Source: Ruditapes philippinarum (lineage: Eukaryota). Taken from it: DNA of 64,000 nt. Each line of letters begins with the position of its first letter. Positions within the stretch are counted from its first letter, which is position 1. Of this stretch, positions 26,301 through 41,100 are shown piece after piece. The notes below the pieces were generated by a model. The model worked only from the letters and a program-made list of their open reading frames with translations. It ran no database searches and was not told the origin of the DNA. The position numbers were made by a program, and so were the translations under genes. The stretch is from NCBI RefSeq assembly GCF_026571515.1, contig NW_026865326.1, positions 248,001-312,000 on the forward strand. Reading direction: 5' to 3'.

Positions 26301-26965
26301 ATTTATTCAAATATCCTTGTTAGAGCTCCCATGGAGAAGGTCTATTTATTCAAACATCTTTGTTAGAGCTCCAATGGAGAAGGTCTATTTATTCAAACAT
26401 CTTTGTTAGAGCTCCCATGGAGAAGGTCTATTTATTCAAACATCCTTGTTTGAGCTCCAATGGAGAAGGTCTATTTATTCAAACATCCTTGTTTGAGCTC
26501 CAATGGAGAAGGTCTATTTATTCAAACATCCTTGTTAGAGCTCCCATGGAGAAGGTCTATTTATTCAAACATCCTTGTTCGAGCTCCAATGGAGAAGGTC
26601 TATTTATTCAAACATCCTTGTTAGAGCTCCCATGGAGAAGGTCTATTTATTCAAACATCCTTGTCAGAGCTCCAATGGAGAAGGTCTATTTATTCAAACA
26701 TCCTTGTTAGAGCTCCCATGGAGAAGGTCTATTTATTCAAACATCCTTGTTAGAGCTCCCATGGAGAAGGTCTATTTATTCAAAAATCCTTGTCAGAGCT
26801 CCAATGGAGAAGGTCTGTTTATTCAAACATCCTTGTTAGAGCTCCAATGGAGAAGGTCTATTTATTCAATCATCCTTGTTTGAGCTCCAATGAAGCAGGT
26901 CTATTTATTCAAACATCCTTGTTAGAGCTCCCATGGAGCAGGTCTATTTATTCAAACATCCCGTT
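23343..26965 (+). repeat. 43-bp satellite/minisatellite array 2 (about 84 units)
   Basis: Consensus ACATCCTTGTTAGAGCTCCAATGGAGAAGGTCTATTTATTCAA; same left flank as array 1; the ORF-track peptides repeat every 43 aa (= 3 units). Confidence 0.97.
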
Positions 26966-27616
26966 GAAGGCAATTTAATTATTGTTGATATTACATAGCT
27001 AAAGCTTGGACTATTTCTTGTCACAAGTGATTATATTCTGTCGTATTTCACGCTATATTTGTATGTTGTTGTTGTCCATTGTGTTAGGGTTAATTAATTT
27101 CATCAAACATATATCGAGATGGAAAGCTTTCCAACGTTATTAGTCTGGTCAAATGAAGCATTTTAAAAACACAATGAAATGTATTGTAGGATTTTTTTAC
27201 TCATTTTTATCAAACCATGTTAAAGTATAGGCTCTCATTGAACGCTTATAGAAAGGGAGAAAATTGAAATGTATGGACTAATATTAGGCGTAGAAATGAT
27301 TTCATTGACATTGTCGTCATGTCTTGAAATTGTTCTTACTTCACAATGTGTATATTTATCCCATATATATCTAGTTTGTCTTTAATTAGGGTATATTCCA
27401 AACCATGTTAGAAATCTACCTTATTTTATGAGTTTTTAATCTAAAATATATGTCTTGACTTTTTACCTCTCATGAAAATATTTTAATGTGTGGCGAAAAA
27501 GACCAGGATAGAACTATCAAAGAAAAGAACAAACTGTAAGACTCCAAGCTAACGAAAAGGGAACGCTAGAGCTATTAGGTATATGGTGGAAGAAGATCAA
27601 CTTTTCTCTTTGCCAA

Positions 27617-28285
27617 ACCTTACCTTACCTCTTACCTTACCTTACCTTACCTCATCCCTTACCTTACCTCTTCCCTTAGTATTAACTTAGTTTACATCTT
27701 ACTTTACCTCTTACCTTACCTCTTTTTTTACCTAACCTTACCTTTTACCTTACCTTACTTCTTAACTTACCTTATCTTACATTACCCCCACTTACCTAAC
27801 CTTACCTCTTACCTACCTAACCTCTTTTCTTACCTTACCTTACCTCTTACCTTACCTTATCTTACCTTAATTCTTATCTTACCTTACCTCTTAACCTATC
27901 TTACTTCTTACCTTACCTCTTACCTTACCTTAATTCTTACTTTACCTTATCTCTTACATAACCTTACATTACTTTACCTCTTACCTTACCCCTACCTTAC
28001 CTCTTACTTTACCTTACTTCTTACCTTACCTTACGTCTTACCTTACTTCTAAGCTTACCTTACCTCTTACCTTACTTCTTAGCTTATCTTACCTTTTACA
28101 TTACCTCTTACCTTACCTCTTACCTAACCTTACCTCTTACCTTATCTTTTACCTTACGTCTTAGCTTACCTTACCTGTTACATTACCTCTTACCTTACCT
28201 CTTACCAACCTCTTACATCACCTTACCTCTTACTTTACCTTACCTCTTACCTTACCTTACTCTACCTTATCTTATTTGACTTATC
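27617..28285. repeat. (CCTTA)n / CCTCTTA pentanucleotide-based simple repeat
   Basis: About 670 bp of degenerate CCTTA units. Confidence 0.95.
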
Positions 28286-29132
28286 TTTACGTTAATTTAC
28301 TTTCTTATATTGTAGCATCTTAATCCTTACATCAGCTAAAATATGTAGTAGTTTTAAAGGGAGAAAACCTTACATAAACCTCGCGATTAATATCTGATGG
28401 ATTATGTTTTCTGGAGGTCAAAGGTTGCAGTTATAACATGTCTATTTAAACCAAGATTAGATCAAGTATGACGTTTTTCCAATTCACTCTTATCGATCCG
28501 TTTGTAAATACAACTTAATTTTGAAACCGTATATCTCTTTTGTAAATATAGGCATGTTAAACAGTAACAAATGTTTTAAATCGAAGGGAATTTAGTTTGA
28601 TTTATTACTAGACAGGTATGTTATAAATATTTCAATTAAGCATAGTTTTGAAATAAATAAAGCATAACTTTGAAAATAACTAAACGCTACTATTTCAATA
28701 CTAATTAAGCATAACTTGAATATTTATTAAGCATAACTTTGATACTAACTAAGAAAAAGTTTAATACCCATTAAGCGATAAAAATTAAGTATAACTTTGA
28801 AGATAGTTCACATCCATCATTTTCAGAATATTAGTTCCCTGAATTTTAAGATGAAAACAAATTAAGACACGATATTATATGTATGAATTTGTCTTAGTAT
28901 TATTTGATTTCATTTATTTGCGAAATGATTTGACTTGTCATAAATTCCTCATCGCTTGGTTTAACAAGAAAAGGTTTAATTCTGACTTTTATATTCCTCA
29001 TATAGCAGTGAAATATCGATCAACCATTCATTAACTTCACCTAGGACATTTTATTTATTTTACGACAGGAGCTGATTGATTTTGATATTGATATATACGT
29101 TAGATAGGAATAGTGGGTGGGGTAAAGACACT

Positions 29133-32100
29133 ATGGCGGATGCCAGGCAGTTTAACCTGAAGTTTGACGCTTCCAAAGGTCAGGCAGTAGACGAATACTT
29201 GGAATATAGAAGGTAATGTTTCTGATCTTAATACTTTTGTGCGTTGCTTCAAGAACGATCCCAAATCACTTTGTACTTTCTTAGTTTAGCTTGATACCTT
29301 AGCAGGGCTGGTTGGTTTAAACATATCTATTTAAGCTCGATTTCGAAGCAAGTTCTTGCCACTTACATTAATCACTTTCGAGTCCGTTTCCTGGAACCAA
29401 CCAGTACTGGTGTCATATGATGAAACATGGTCCTAACCCGATTAGTGCCCGGACCCATGATTCCTTGGTTGAGAGGCAGGCACCTTAACCTCTAAGCTAC
29501 CGCTCTCCTGGGCTGGTTAATGTCGGTCTGCAGATTATCCAGTCAGCCTACCACTTGCCGGAGTTCTACCTTGGAGCCCGTTCATGTCGGGTTCAATGTG
29601 CATGGGTCACGCCAAAGTCACAATATAACGTACAACTAATGTGATTAAAACGCATCCATGTGAAAACACAATTATAAAATGAATAAATATAACGTGCTTT
29701 ATCAGAATTCATTAATTTTGCTGCTTGATTTACAAAACAGAAAAGTATATTTAATAAGAGCACTCATTCTATAAATCTATAACTATCATGGATAAGCGAT
29801 CTGAATCGATAAATATAAAGTACGTGGGAGTGGGTGTGACCGAGTTACTGTATTGTAAACAAGAAGCTAAAGTCTAATATCCATATCTCTTTGAAATGCA
29901 AATATCCAAATATACTGCATGTACCGTTTGTTGTAAATATACCGCACATATGTATTACATTTCACACTTAACACAAAAGATCATTTGGTCACATATTTAT
30001 CAGTTAAACATACAAAATGTACATATGATATATATATAATATGTACAAAGAATTCTCATTAAATGACCTATTCCTTTTTAATAGTTGTTGTGAAGTACGT
30101 AAGAAAACATACTTTAATTCATAATTGCCCATTGTGAATGTTTGATTATGTTATTAATATAAATAATTCAATTTTAGGTTGTGCATGTCGCATAAAGGGA
30201 GATAATTAGAGGATCTTCTGTAATACTTTGAATGGAGTTCATTCCCTTCCTAATCACTGAGGTCGCAATTTCTTCTAATCCACAATACTCAATATCAACT
30301 GAAGACCCTTTAACTCTAAACAAATAAATTGGGTATTAAGATCCTTTTCTAACTGTGCATGCAGATTGAACTTGCTGCATATAAGACTCTGCATTGACTA
30401 AAATGATTGGATATGTTGTATGGAATTTATTTCATTCACATTTCAGTCCGCAAGCCAATGCTTCAGTGGGTGGATGGACCTTAACACATAACTTAATTGT
30501 TTAACAGTAAATAGCAAAAAGAATATGTGTTATCATTTTTGTGTACCTAATGCCTTTCTATGATAATATGTTTCAGTAATAGTTAATTAGTTTGCTTCTT
30601 ACTATAAAAAAACTATTCGTACTCGTATGTAATTACAGGATTGTAGGAGAAGATGACGGTGGTAAACTGTTTACACCTGAGGAGTTTGAAGAGTATAAAA
30701 AGAAGGTCCTTCCTTTGGTAAGACTATCAGTTTTAATCGCAAAATTATTTATTATCGTTTATTTATGTTATTACATAACATATTATAGTACTATATTTTT
30801 CACCATGAGGCATTTCATTCACACACAATTATGAAACATGCCTATAGAGTAACAATAGCTACATTGCCTGCATTTTAACTGATTTCCCATTTTGTAAGCA
30901 TAATGAATAAGTTTAAGATACTAGTATGAAAACAATATGTTTATTGTTTATTAGTTTATTTAAGTCTCATCCATTACATGTACATATAATACAAATATAC
31001 ATTCAATAAAACTTAAAATACATGTAAATGGTCATTTTTATGAAGAATTATAGGAGACTACATGTATGTTGTTACAAACATGTTACAAGTATCATAATAT
31101 ACAATCCACATTTACAAGGTTAGATCAGATTAAACCTTACACAGATAGGTATTTTACATAGTCATATATGAGCAGTCCAGTAAAATCAAAAACAATACAC
31201 ATCTGAGTAGTTGATTCATAATATTACTTAACTATAAGATTAAAATTTAATTTGTTACAATACTTTAAAACAGCTAAGATGTTCAATTCTTTACACTTTG
31301 ATATATCTCAAAAACAGCTAAAATCTTAAATTCTTTTAAAAAAAGGTGTTATCACTAAATGGCCTTTTTAGAAACAATTTCCATTGATAAAAAAGTGTTA
31401 AAACCATATAAAACTATATATGTACGTAAAAATACCTTATTATAATACAAGCATATAGCTAGTTTTTTTCCAGCTGGAGTGCTGATAATGCTCATTTACA
31501 AGCATAAAATGCAGCCATCTTACACATATATACAATCTGACCAGACCATATATGGTCTTGCTTCTCAATCTTAGCTTTTTCATATCAAACCCCAACCCCT
31601 TTAAACGTGTAATACTAAATGACAGATTCCATTTAAAAGCAGGAATAGTTTATTTCTAGAGGTAGAAATGTATATGTACATGATGGATGTAAATATTCCT
31701 TTGTTGCACAAACTATATCTCCAATGTTTTCAAACCTCGTATCATTTTATTATTATACGGTTTATAATTTGTATTTTAATATTAATTACACAGAGAATGA
31801 AGAATAGGCTGTATACCAGTCACAGTGGACCAACGGGCATGGACTGTAAGCTAGTGGGACCCGAGACGCTATGTTTCTGTAAACACAGGTAATTAATGCC
31901 AAATAACGTAACTATGTCCAATTTGTCAACTATTTGATATTGGTTGATAATAAACATAAAAATAACCAACACTTCATACGATTTTTGACCAATTTCATAA
32001 TACTAAAGGGTGTCTTTGACTATCTTATGAAATAATTATCTACTAGTATTTAACCGTCGTATAAAAATAGTTATTTATATAGTCGTTGCATAAACATATA

Positions 32101-35100
32101 TAACATGTATATGCCAGGATATGTAAATGTATCAAGTCTTATCATTCTAAACGTATTTTTATTTAATTTCAGGTACAAGCAACATAAGACGGATTTTGAG
32201 GAGATTCCCAAAGAACGTCCTATAAAGTTACCATGCCGGGCCTCCAAGTGTAAATGTGTCAGCTATCACTACGTACCACTAAATGGTTCTCAACCTATAC
32301 GGTGTCATTGTAAACACACATCGGATGAACACGCAGAGTTCGGAAAGTTAGTTTGCAAAAAAGGTAACCGCTTGTATTAGCAAGCAAAGTATTGTTAACC
32401 AAGATTACATAACATACGCAGATTTAAAATTCACGTTGCCACATTTATGCCTATAATTCTCCAATGATGTCAGACGCATTTCTTTTATTCTTACAGCTGG
32501 ATGCACAAAATGCACGGGATTCACGAGTTCGTTCACGTGCGGATGCGGTGCTCCAGTAAGCCAACACAAAATGATTGTTGAGACAGGAGAAGAACGCGAA
32601 GCTCGGGGGCATCCTCTAGGGGAGGCAACACCGTACGCTGCTATGGGCGGTATAACGGGATTCTCGTCTATGGCGGAAGGATACATGAGACTTGATCCTA
32701 GCGGGAAAGGTCCGTAGAAAGTAACCAAGAACTTCAAACATAACTCTTATATTAATTTTTCATATCATTTTATTATTCATGTTTTCTTTTCATATTTTCT
32801 TTTCATATAGATATAAATTGTTCCAAGATATGATACATTTTTTAATTTAATTAAAATGGATACTATATATAAAGTACAAATCGAAATATAATACACTGTT
32901 ATTATATATCAGCAATACTTTTACTAGTTAAATACTTTATCAATCCAATTAATACACACATGTACTGTGCATTTTACGGTTAAATTGAATATATTCAAGT
33001 TTAGAATATATGTTCCATAATACAGTCACAAAAGACATTACTTTTAATTTTACGCTCAACCTGGAAAAGCGCAACACGCCCCAGTAAAATAGTTTCTTTC
33101 AGTTCCTTCATTATAAAATCTTGTAATAATAATTCAGTAAACTTCACTAAGCCAAATGATCCAGATAAAATCATTTGTAATGCTTACTTATTTCAAGTGT
33201 AAGTTATAATGTATTTCTGTTAACCTAATCTTCTTTTCAGGTGCCCCTAACAAAGGGTTTTTGGAGCAATCTGTGACGTCATCAGATAACCCTTTCTTGA
33301 GAGCCAACGTACACGCTATAAAGCAGCATCAAATGAACAAGAAGCAACATGGTAAGGAAAAATCATTTAAATTATTTGCACGAGTATACATTTTATTTAA
33401 CAAAGTAGCTGACCTGAGTTGCTCCGACATACTGAGCAAAATGCGCTGTTGAATTTCAGTATGATTATGATGAAGTGTTTCATAGCTATTTTGCAAAGTT
33501 TGATATATTTATATGTATCCATTGAACTTTACTGTAAAGGAAAATCAAAATCATGTATATTAAAAGAATGATATATTTTCTAGTAAATCTAATGTATATA
33601 TCATTGTATTGTTTAAATCTATGGTGGCTAATGTGTGCCATACCGTACTTTTGATCCGCGGGGCGTTTGGCGAAAACACCACTTTTTTTTGCCTGGCGCC
33701 TCGACATGGCACAAATCAGCCACCATAATTATTCACTTTTTTTTGGACCTTACAATATATATTTAAGACTCCTTAAATTTTTCTTTTTCGCTATTTAAAC
33801 TGACTGGTAGGTCCAGTAATGGTTAATGCATTAGCCTATGTATGAAAGTCATCATGAGTCTTCCATGTTTAGATTTTATACGCACGCACATATATTTACA
33901 ACAGTACCTTAGAATAGATTTGTAAACATATATATAGTATATATAATTGTCACAATAATCAGTCATGTTTGTAAACATCTTCCTATTTTATATGTAATGA
34001 TGGAGTGTAGGACTTAAAGCCCTCTCCGTTTCCCGTAACGACGAATATGAAGAATTGATAGATATATGATTAGCAAATCATTTATAAAGATTTTTTTCAA
34101 TAAATTAATTTTAATATAAGCTAGACTATTTCGTATATGGTTTAACGCAGCAGATGATTTTATATACATGTAGATTTGAGAGTTTTCTTTTAGCAGGTTT
34201 TTCATATAAGATTTTATTCGGCACATTATTTCATATAAGATTTTATTCGGCACAGTATTTCTAAAAGGACATTAAAAAGCAGATTATTTCATATACTTTT
34301 TTCAGCAGCTTATTTCATAAATAAATATATATAATATTTTAATCAGTAGATTCATACAATACGTTTCCAGTATATTATATCATACATATTTGTACAGCAG
34401 ATTAATTCTTATAAATTTGTACAGCAGAATATTGTATATTACATGTTATTTTGCAGATTATTTCATATAAGACTCTTTAAGCAGATTATTTCATATACAA
34501 ATTCGTTCCGGCGATTATTTCCTATAAGATTTAATTCAGAAGATTATTTCAAATTCGAAACACACGTTTGTATTTCAGATATTGAAGCAGGTATATTTGT
34601 TTCCTGACACGTAGTTTCTTTGTGAATTCATTTCCCTCTTTTGATTAACCCTGTTCTTTAATTTCTTATCAAAAGGTGTTATATTCTAACTGGATTTCTT
34701 TTGAATTAGACCATTGTTAGAGTATGATAAAACATTTTTATTTTTCTTAAACATTGTAGATGAAATAATAGTTCATGACTTAAACAATTCTTACAATTAT
34801 AGTCGAGCCATAGTTTGTATAAAGTGTCGAGCCATAGTTTGTATAAAGTGTCGAGCCATAGTTTGTATAAAGTGTCGAGCCATAGTTTGTATAAAGTGTC
34901 GAGCCATAGTTTGTATAAAGTGTCGAGCCATAGTTTGTATAAAGTGGCATAATTTATTGACAAAAGGGCAGACATAAATAGAGGATAATATAACTTATTC
35001 TTTATATAAATACAGAATTTATTATCATTGAGTGATATGAAAATAAATATTTCACGAGTGGCAATAGTCATGAGATGAACAAATCCTGTATTTATAGAGA

Positions 35101-38100
35101 AAAAACTTGAATTTTCTGTTTGTTTTATACTTTTTCACTTTTTTTGGACCTTACAATATATATTTAAGACTCCTTAAATTTTTTTTTTGACCTTACAACT
35201 TCTCTTTAATTTTGTGTACTGGCTGAATTAAAATAAATTAGTCCGACAAGACACCAGTGAAAATACGGAAAATATGTTTCACTGCAGTAAAAACATAAAT
35301 TTGATAGTGAAAATACGATAAATGAAAATACGCATTTTATCTTATCAGTATTTCTCAATATTTCATTTATAAGTATATAATAAAGTTAAATAGTATTCAG
35401 TAAGCTGGTTTTGAGAACACATAGAAATGTTTGTGGTGTGTCACATTTTGCAAAATGAAACTTTAGATTTACTAACTTTGGTGAAGTTTCTTGTAGCATA
35501 TTTGTTTGTTTGTGATGTCTCGCAAATACAATTTAGAACAATTAATCATTATTCAGACAGAAATAAATAAATAAATAAATAAATAAATAAATGTAAATAA
35601 AAGAACACCACTAATGAACGGGTGTTTTTCTTTACTTTAAGCTGATCCTAGGACCAGGTTTTAATATACGTCTTTATGGTAGGTTAAGTTTTAATGTACA
35701 TTTTTTTATAGTAACCACCTACAATAAGACTTAAAATTACTAGTTTACTAAATTATGACAGGAAGCAGCTGTGTATCATCGGACATGAAACCCTTTATAT
35801 TGTAATAAAGTGATATAAATATAAATAGTTAGTCACATGGCTTTTTAACAGTCTTATTTTTAGACTGTTTTATTTCATGCAAATAAAGTAATTATATTTT
35901 TCTCCTTTTGGCGGACAGTAGGGAAAGAGACATATATGAATACTCACATTGATCCTGTCAAAGAACAGGCTTTCACAAACAACATGAAATATCTTGATTT
36001 ATGTTATTAATAATAATTGTAAATTAATTCTTATTTTAAAGGTTAAAGCTGTAATAAACAGTTTTATGCATTTTATGATTAAGTTATAATATGCAGATGT
36101 ATGCAGACGTTCAAGGTTAATAAAAAATTAATTCCTGTCCTTAAAATAAACACGTTCTAGCAAAAACAAAACTATTTTATTGTGAAATTAGGTTCCGCTC
36201 TAAACAATAACAGGGGAAGTAGTTTTGGTTCTTAAATGAGGCTTGTGATATTAGGCAAAAGTGAGCAAGAATCGTCAAGAATCAATAGGCGAAAAGAGCT
36301 ACATCCTCGTCCATAATGTATAGAGTAGTTCACAATGAATAAGTAATAGAAAGAGCATCGAAACACCAGGCTATCTGATTTGTTCAAGGGGGCGTAGCCC
36401 CCCCCCCCGAGTATTAATCAGATTGCCGAGTGTTTTGATGTTCTTTCTCTTTTGTATCATAGTCAAACATAAAAACACGTTCCCTGGTGTCACAATATGA
36501 AACCCCGGCAAAAAGGAACCAATGAACGAACATCTGAATATGATTTTTCTGTCGCTTTCCCTTTCTCTGCCGTCACAATATGTGAACACCAGCAAAAATG
36601 AGCCAATCAATGGGCATGCTCTGGAGTGCGGGTATCTAATACCTGCACTCCAGTTAACGCACTGTGCATGTATATGTATACGATTTAACTCTGACACATT
36701 TTCAACAGAAAGGTCCCCAAACTATGATACAACTAACATAAATCGTTTCAAATGTTGAAAAACGAGATAATTTACGAGACAACTGTTTCCTTATGTTCAA
36801 AAATAAAAATACTATATTTGTCTTTCTCTTGTTATTTTATCAACTCTTATGCACTTGTCACAATCTGTCATGCTGAAAAAAACCTATTCTCTCTTCACAA
36901 TCCATCGTTCTCGTGTATAATATTGTTACGTCCATTGAAGACGTTGTTAAGATACGAAGATTTTTGTGAACATCAACCATGTTCACGTGTTAAATATTGT
37001 CACTTTCTTTGAATATTTTTGTTAACATAAACCATGTTCAAGTGTAAAATATTGTCACGTGCATTGAAGATTGTTGTTAACATCAGCCATGCTAACGTGT
37101 AAAATATTGTTACGTGCATTGAAAATTTCTGTTAGCATCAACTATTCGCATGTAAAATATTTTTACGTTTATTGAAGGTTTCTGTTAACCAACCAACAGG
37201 TTTGCGATCTAAAGATTGTTATATTCGTTAAACAAGATTATTAATTATATGCCATTGTTTCAACCTTGTCCACGTGTCAGATGGTTGTTATGATCCTTCT
37301 CTTTTAACTTGTTTATCTATCAGAAAATTGCTATATTCATAACTGATATTCTAACTATAGATTTACTATGTACGCGTGTCAAATAATTTTTTAATCATTT
37401 TTGTCACGTGTAAGAATATTTCTGTGCATTGCTTATCCTACATTTTCGTTTTAACATCGTACACGTGTTAGATGATTGTTCTGGTTTTGTTTTTTAACAC
37501 CATAGGCCTACATTACGCATCAGTTATATGTATCAGACTTTGTCCTAATTGTTGTTTATTTACCATTGTGATGGTAGCAGTTGTTTAACATTGTCGTTAT
37601 AAATCAAACAAATTATGTAGATTAACAGTCATACATAACCTTGTAAATAAACGACAATAGAAAGAAAAACTAAAATAACACTCATGCGCACGTGTGGAGT
37701 TATTTGACAATGGTAAACAATGTTTCATTCGATTGTTTTAAAATAAAATAAGAATGCAATTTAAGATAAGTTAAAGTTATGCATCATTCAATCCAAAAGC
37801 CATGTGTCTGCTGTTATTGTCGGAAAATATCAAACACATCTGTGCTGTGTTATGTCAAATGTCTGTTATTTTTGTAAATAAAAATAAAAAAGTATGAATT
37901 GAATTTACATATGTATCGATTTAAAAAAACCATAACAAATTTGATTCCATTTCATGAAATTATTATTGCAGCATTTAGGACAAATCTCGTATACCTTAAA
38001 TAAACTAAAATAACTACACCCGTGATATAGATTATTTTCGTTCAATGAAACAGATCATTATCATCATCATCATCATCATCACTATCATCATCATCATCAT

Positions 38101-41100
38101 CATAATCATCATCATCATCATCATCACTATCATAATCATCATCATCATCGGCTGCAGCAGCGGTAGGAGTAGCAGCAACAGCGGCAGAGGCAGCAGCGCA
38201 CAGTATTATCATCATCATCATCAGCAGCAGCAACATAATCNNNNNNNNNNNNNNNNNNNNNNNNNNNNNNNNNNNNNNNNNNNNNNNNNNNNNNNNNNNN
38301 NNNNNNNNNNNNNNNNNNNNNNNNNNNNNNNNNNNNNNNNNNNNNNNNNNNNNNNNNNNNNNNNNNNNNNNNNNNNNNNNNNNNNNNNNNNNNNNNNNNN
38401 NNATAATCATTAGCAGCAGCAGCAGAAACGACAGCAGTAACAACAACAACCGCAAACATTACATTGTACACGTGTACAAGTCATTGGCCGCATGGATCAT
38501 AAGAGTATTTATATACTCGTTACAGAAGTTATGATGGTATGCTGTATGTTTGTCTCTTCGGCGTCAAAAGATTGATGGTTATTTACTCATTAATGTTTTA
38601 CCATGATGATGGAAAAAAGAATACAGTTCATCTTAAAACAAACTTCGTAAGAAGAGACATTTTTGAGTGATATCCCAAATTTTACACTTATACATGATAG
38701 ATCTAAGTAATGTTGTGTCGCCACGAAAACTGTTTGTACGTGTACACTTTGCGTAGCGGGGGAAAAAAACGCACACTGACGGGGACCAGCCATCATTATA
38801 TCCGGTTGGGCATGAATATATTAACATATTATACCTTGTATAAAGTTTTTCATTATAAATAACCCACCATAAGGCCAGCTTTGTAAGATGGTATTTGTAT
38901 TACTGGTGAACCCTCTTTTACACTTATACACACATTAATTTACTGCAAACATCTGACGGCATCTCATTTTCCTTATATATCTTACATTTTCATGATGAAC
39001 CATAGGTCATACCTATCTTCATAAAATCAACTTTATAACTTGGTATTTTTGTCCATGAAGCATTTTTATAACACTAAAATAAATCATAGCACTGGTTGTA
39101 TGTCACAGGTTTGAGAGATATTACTATAAGCAGTAATAAAACATGGAAGTGTAACGTATGTCAAAATGTTGCTTTAACGTTGATTATAAGGTTGTTAAGA
39201 ACATTTTCATGACCTTACTCGCACACTTTGAATTAAATGTGACTCTTTATTAGGAAAAATGTTCTTAAACAGAAACGAATACATTTTACTTATCATGGGT
39301 TGTGTAATGTTTGAATATAGATGTTTTAGAGTATAGTAGATACGTATTACCTGACAAAAGGAGCGATAAATGTGAAATTATTTTGTCATAAAGTTAGCAA
39401 AATGTCAACAAAGTAGTATTTTAACTGACATACAGAATACTAAATCACTGTACTAATTGACAAAAGAAAAAAAAACAACAGAAGAAAAAAAAGATGGTTC
39501 AGGTTATTGGCCAATGAATAACAGTTTGGAAAGTATAAAAGCACACGCACACATCCATGCACGCACACGCACGCACACCCATGCACGAACACGCAAGCAC
39601 ACACACACATACACAAAAAAAACAACAACAACAACAACAACAAAAAAACCTGAGAAAATAGTAGAAAAGCATTTCATGGTCAGAATGGGCCTTTCAGTCC
39701 TATAGCTACTTATCTTCTCCAACAATTACCGTCTTGAAGCCGAACGTGTATTTTCATACGCATCTCGACGTTAAGTAGACCTTCTAGAGGCACATTATGA
39801 ATGTTGTTATTATGCTGTTTTTTTGTGGTATTTTTAACATCAAATGTGATTAGACACATAATATACGAATTATGACTATATTAATCAATGACTATTATAA
39901 CACGGTTTATTCATATTTCTATCACGTTATAGCTAAATCTACAAATGAGCATGTTGATATAATAACTTATGACTTCATGTAAATAGTTCATGTTTATTGA
40001 AGGTGACTTATATGCCCATTTGGCCGGGTGTATTTAATATGTTATATTATTTGAATTGTAAAATATGTTAACACAAATTACTACAATAAAAATAAGTTAC
40101 CTACTTGTTACTCTTTCATGAAACTATTGTTTTTATTTTTTTTGTATCATTAGAGTTCAAAAATAACTTTATATTGTTGTCCCCTACATATCTAATTGTA
40201 TTTTTGTAATTTTACTATTTCCCTTTCATTTCAACATTATTATTTTGTACAATTCATACGTTCATGNNNNNNNNNNNNNNNNNNNNNNNNNNNNNNNNNN
40301 NNNNNNNNNNNNNNNNNNNNNNNNNNNNNNNNNNNNNNNNNNNNNNNNNNNNNNNNNNNNNNNNNNNNNNNNNNNNNNNNNNNNNNNNNNNNNNNNCATA
40401 CGATATTCAAATTCACTTTTTTGCATTTAAAAGTAATAAAAATAAGTACAAGAACTATATGTTTATTTACAATATTTACTGACCGATCCATTGACTTAGT
40501 TTTTTTATGACTATTTTCAATAATGTTTGTTGCGATTTGCTGAATTAATACTCTACAAGTGATATAAATATTGCTTTCTTTTTTGATATATTACCGCAGG
40601 TTTCATTTTCTTGTGTTGCAACGGAATTTCATCTATTTTGTAGGTTTGACTGGACCAGAGGACGAAATATTTGACGATATAGGCGAACGAGTGTCGTCCA
40701 GGCGGCGCCCGGGGGAGGATGACATGACATACTATGAGCGTAGATACCAAGAGAGAGTACGAAATTAATCAAGTTAAATTGACCCATTCTAAAGTAGGAC
40801 TGTGCGCGTACGATTATATTCTAAATATAGCTATTAACAGCCTCCAGCTAAATTTGTTTGTTTGATTTAGCCTCGAATGTCGCCTTCATATTAAAAGAAG
40901 CGACTTTCTCATGGTATATGATGAAAAAGAATTTAAATTTTAATTGTGTGGTGCTTGCTGTATGTGATATACGCCTATAAAATGAATAATTTTTTTTCAT
41001 GTACAATCGTAGTGATTACTATTTAAATAAATTTATTCATATTTCAGCAAGCAAATCAACCTAGTGGCCGAGAGCTCGACTCTCAAATGGACAAACTGAC

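Noticed and set aside
7969-26965. 43-bp arrays as CRISPR arrays
   Set aside because: Units are contiguous with no unique spacers, there are no cas genes, and the context is eukaryotic.
23480-26978. Repetitive ORFs up to 220 aa (MEKVYLFKHPC…)
   Set aside because: By-product of a 43-bp unit cycling through three frames; stops and indels are scattered and the paralogous array is closed.
27617-28285. Interstitial telomere
   Set aside because: The unit is CCTTA/TAAGG, not TTAGG or TTAGGG.
38042-38471. Poly-Asp/Ile/His ORFs
   Set aside because: Trinucleotide microsatellite spanning an N gap inside an intron.
39440-39725. ORFs over (CA)/(CAA) tracts
   Set aside because: Low-complexity intronic sequence.
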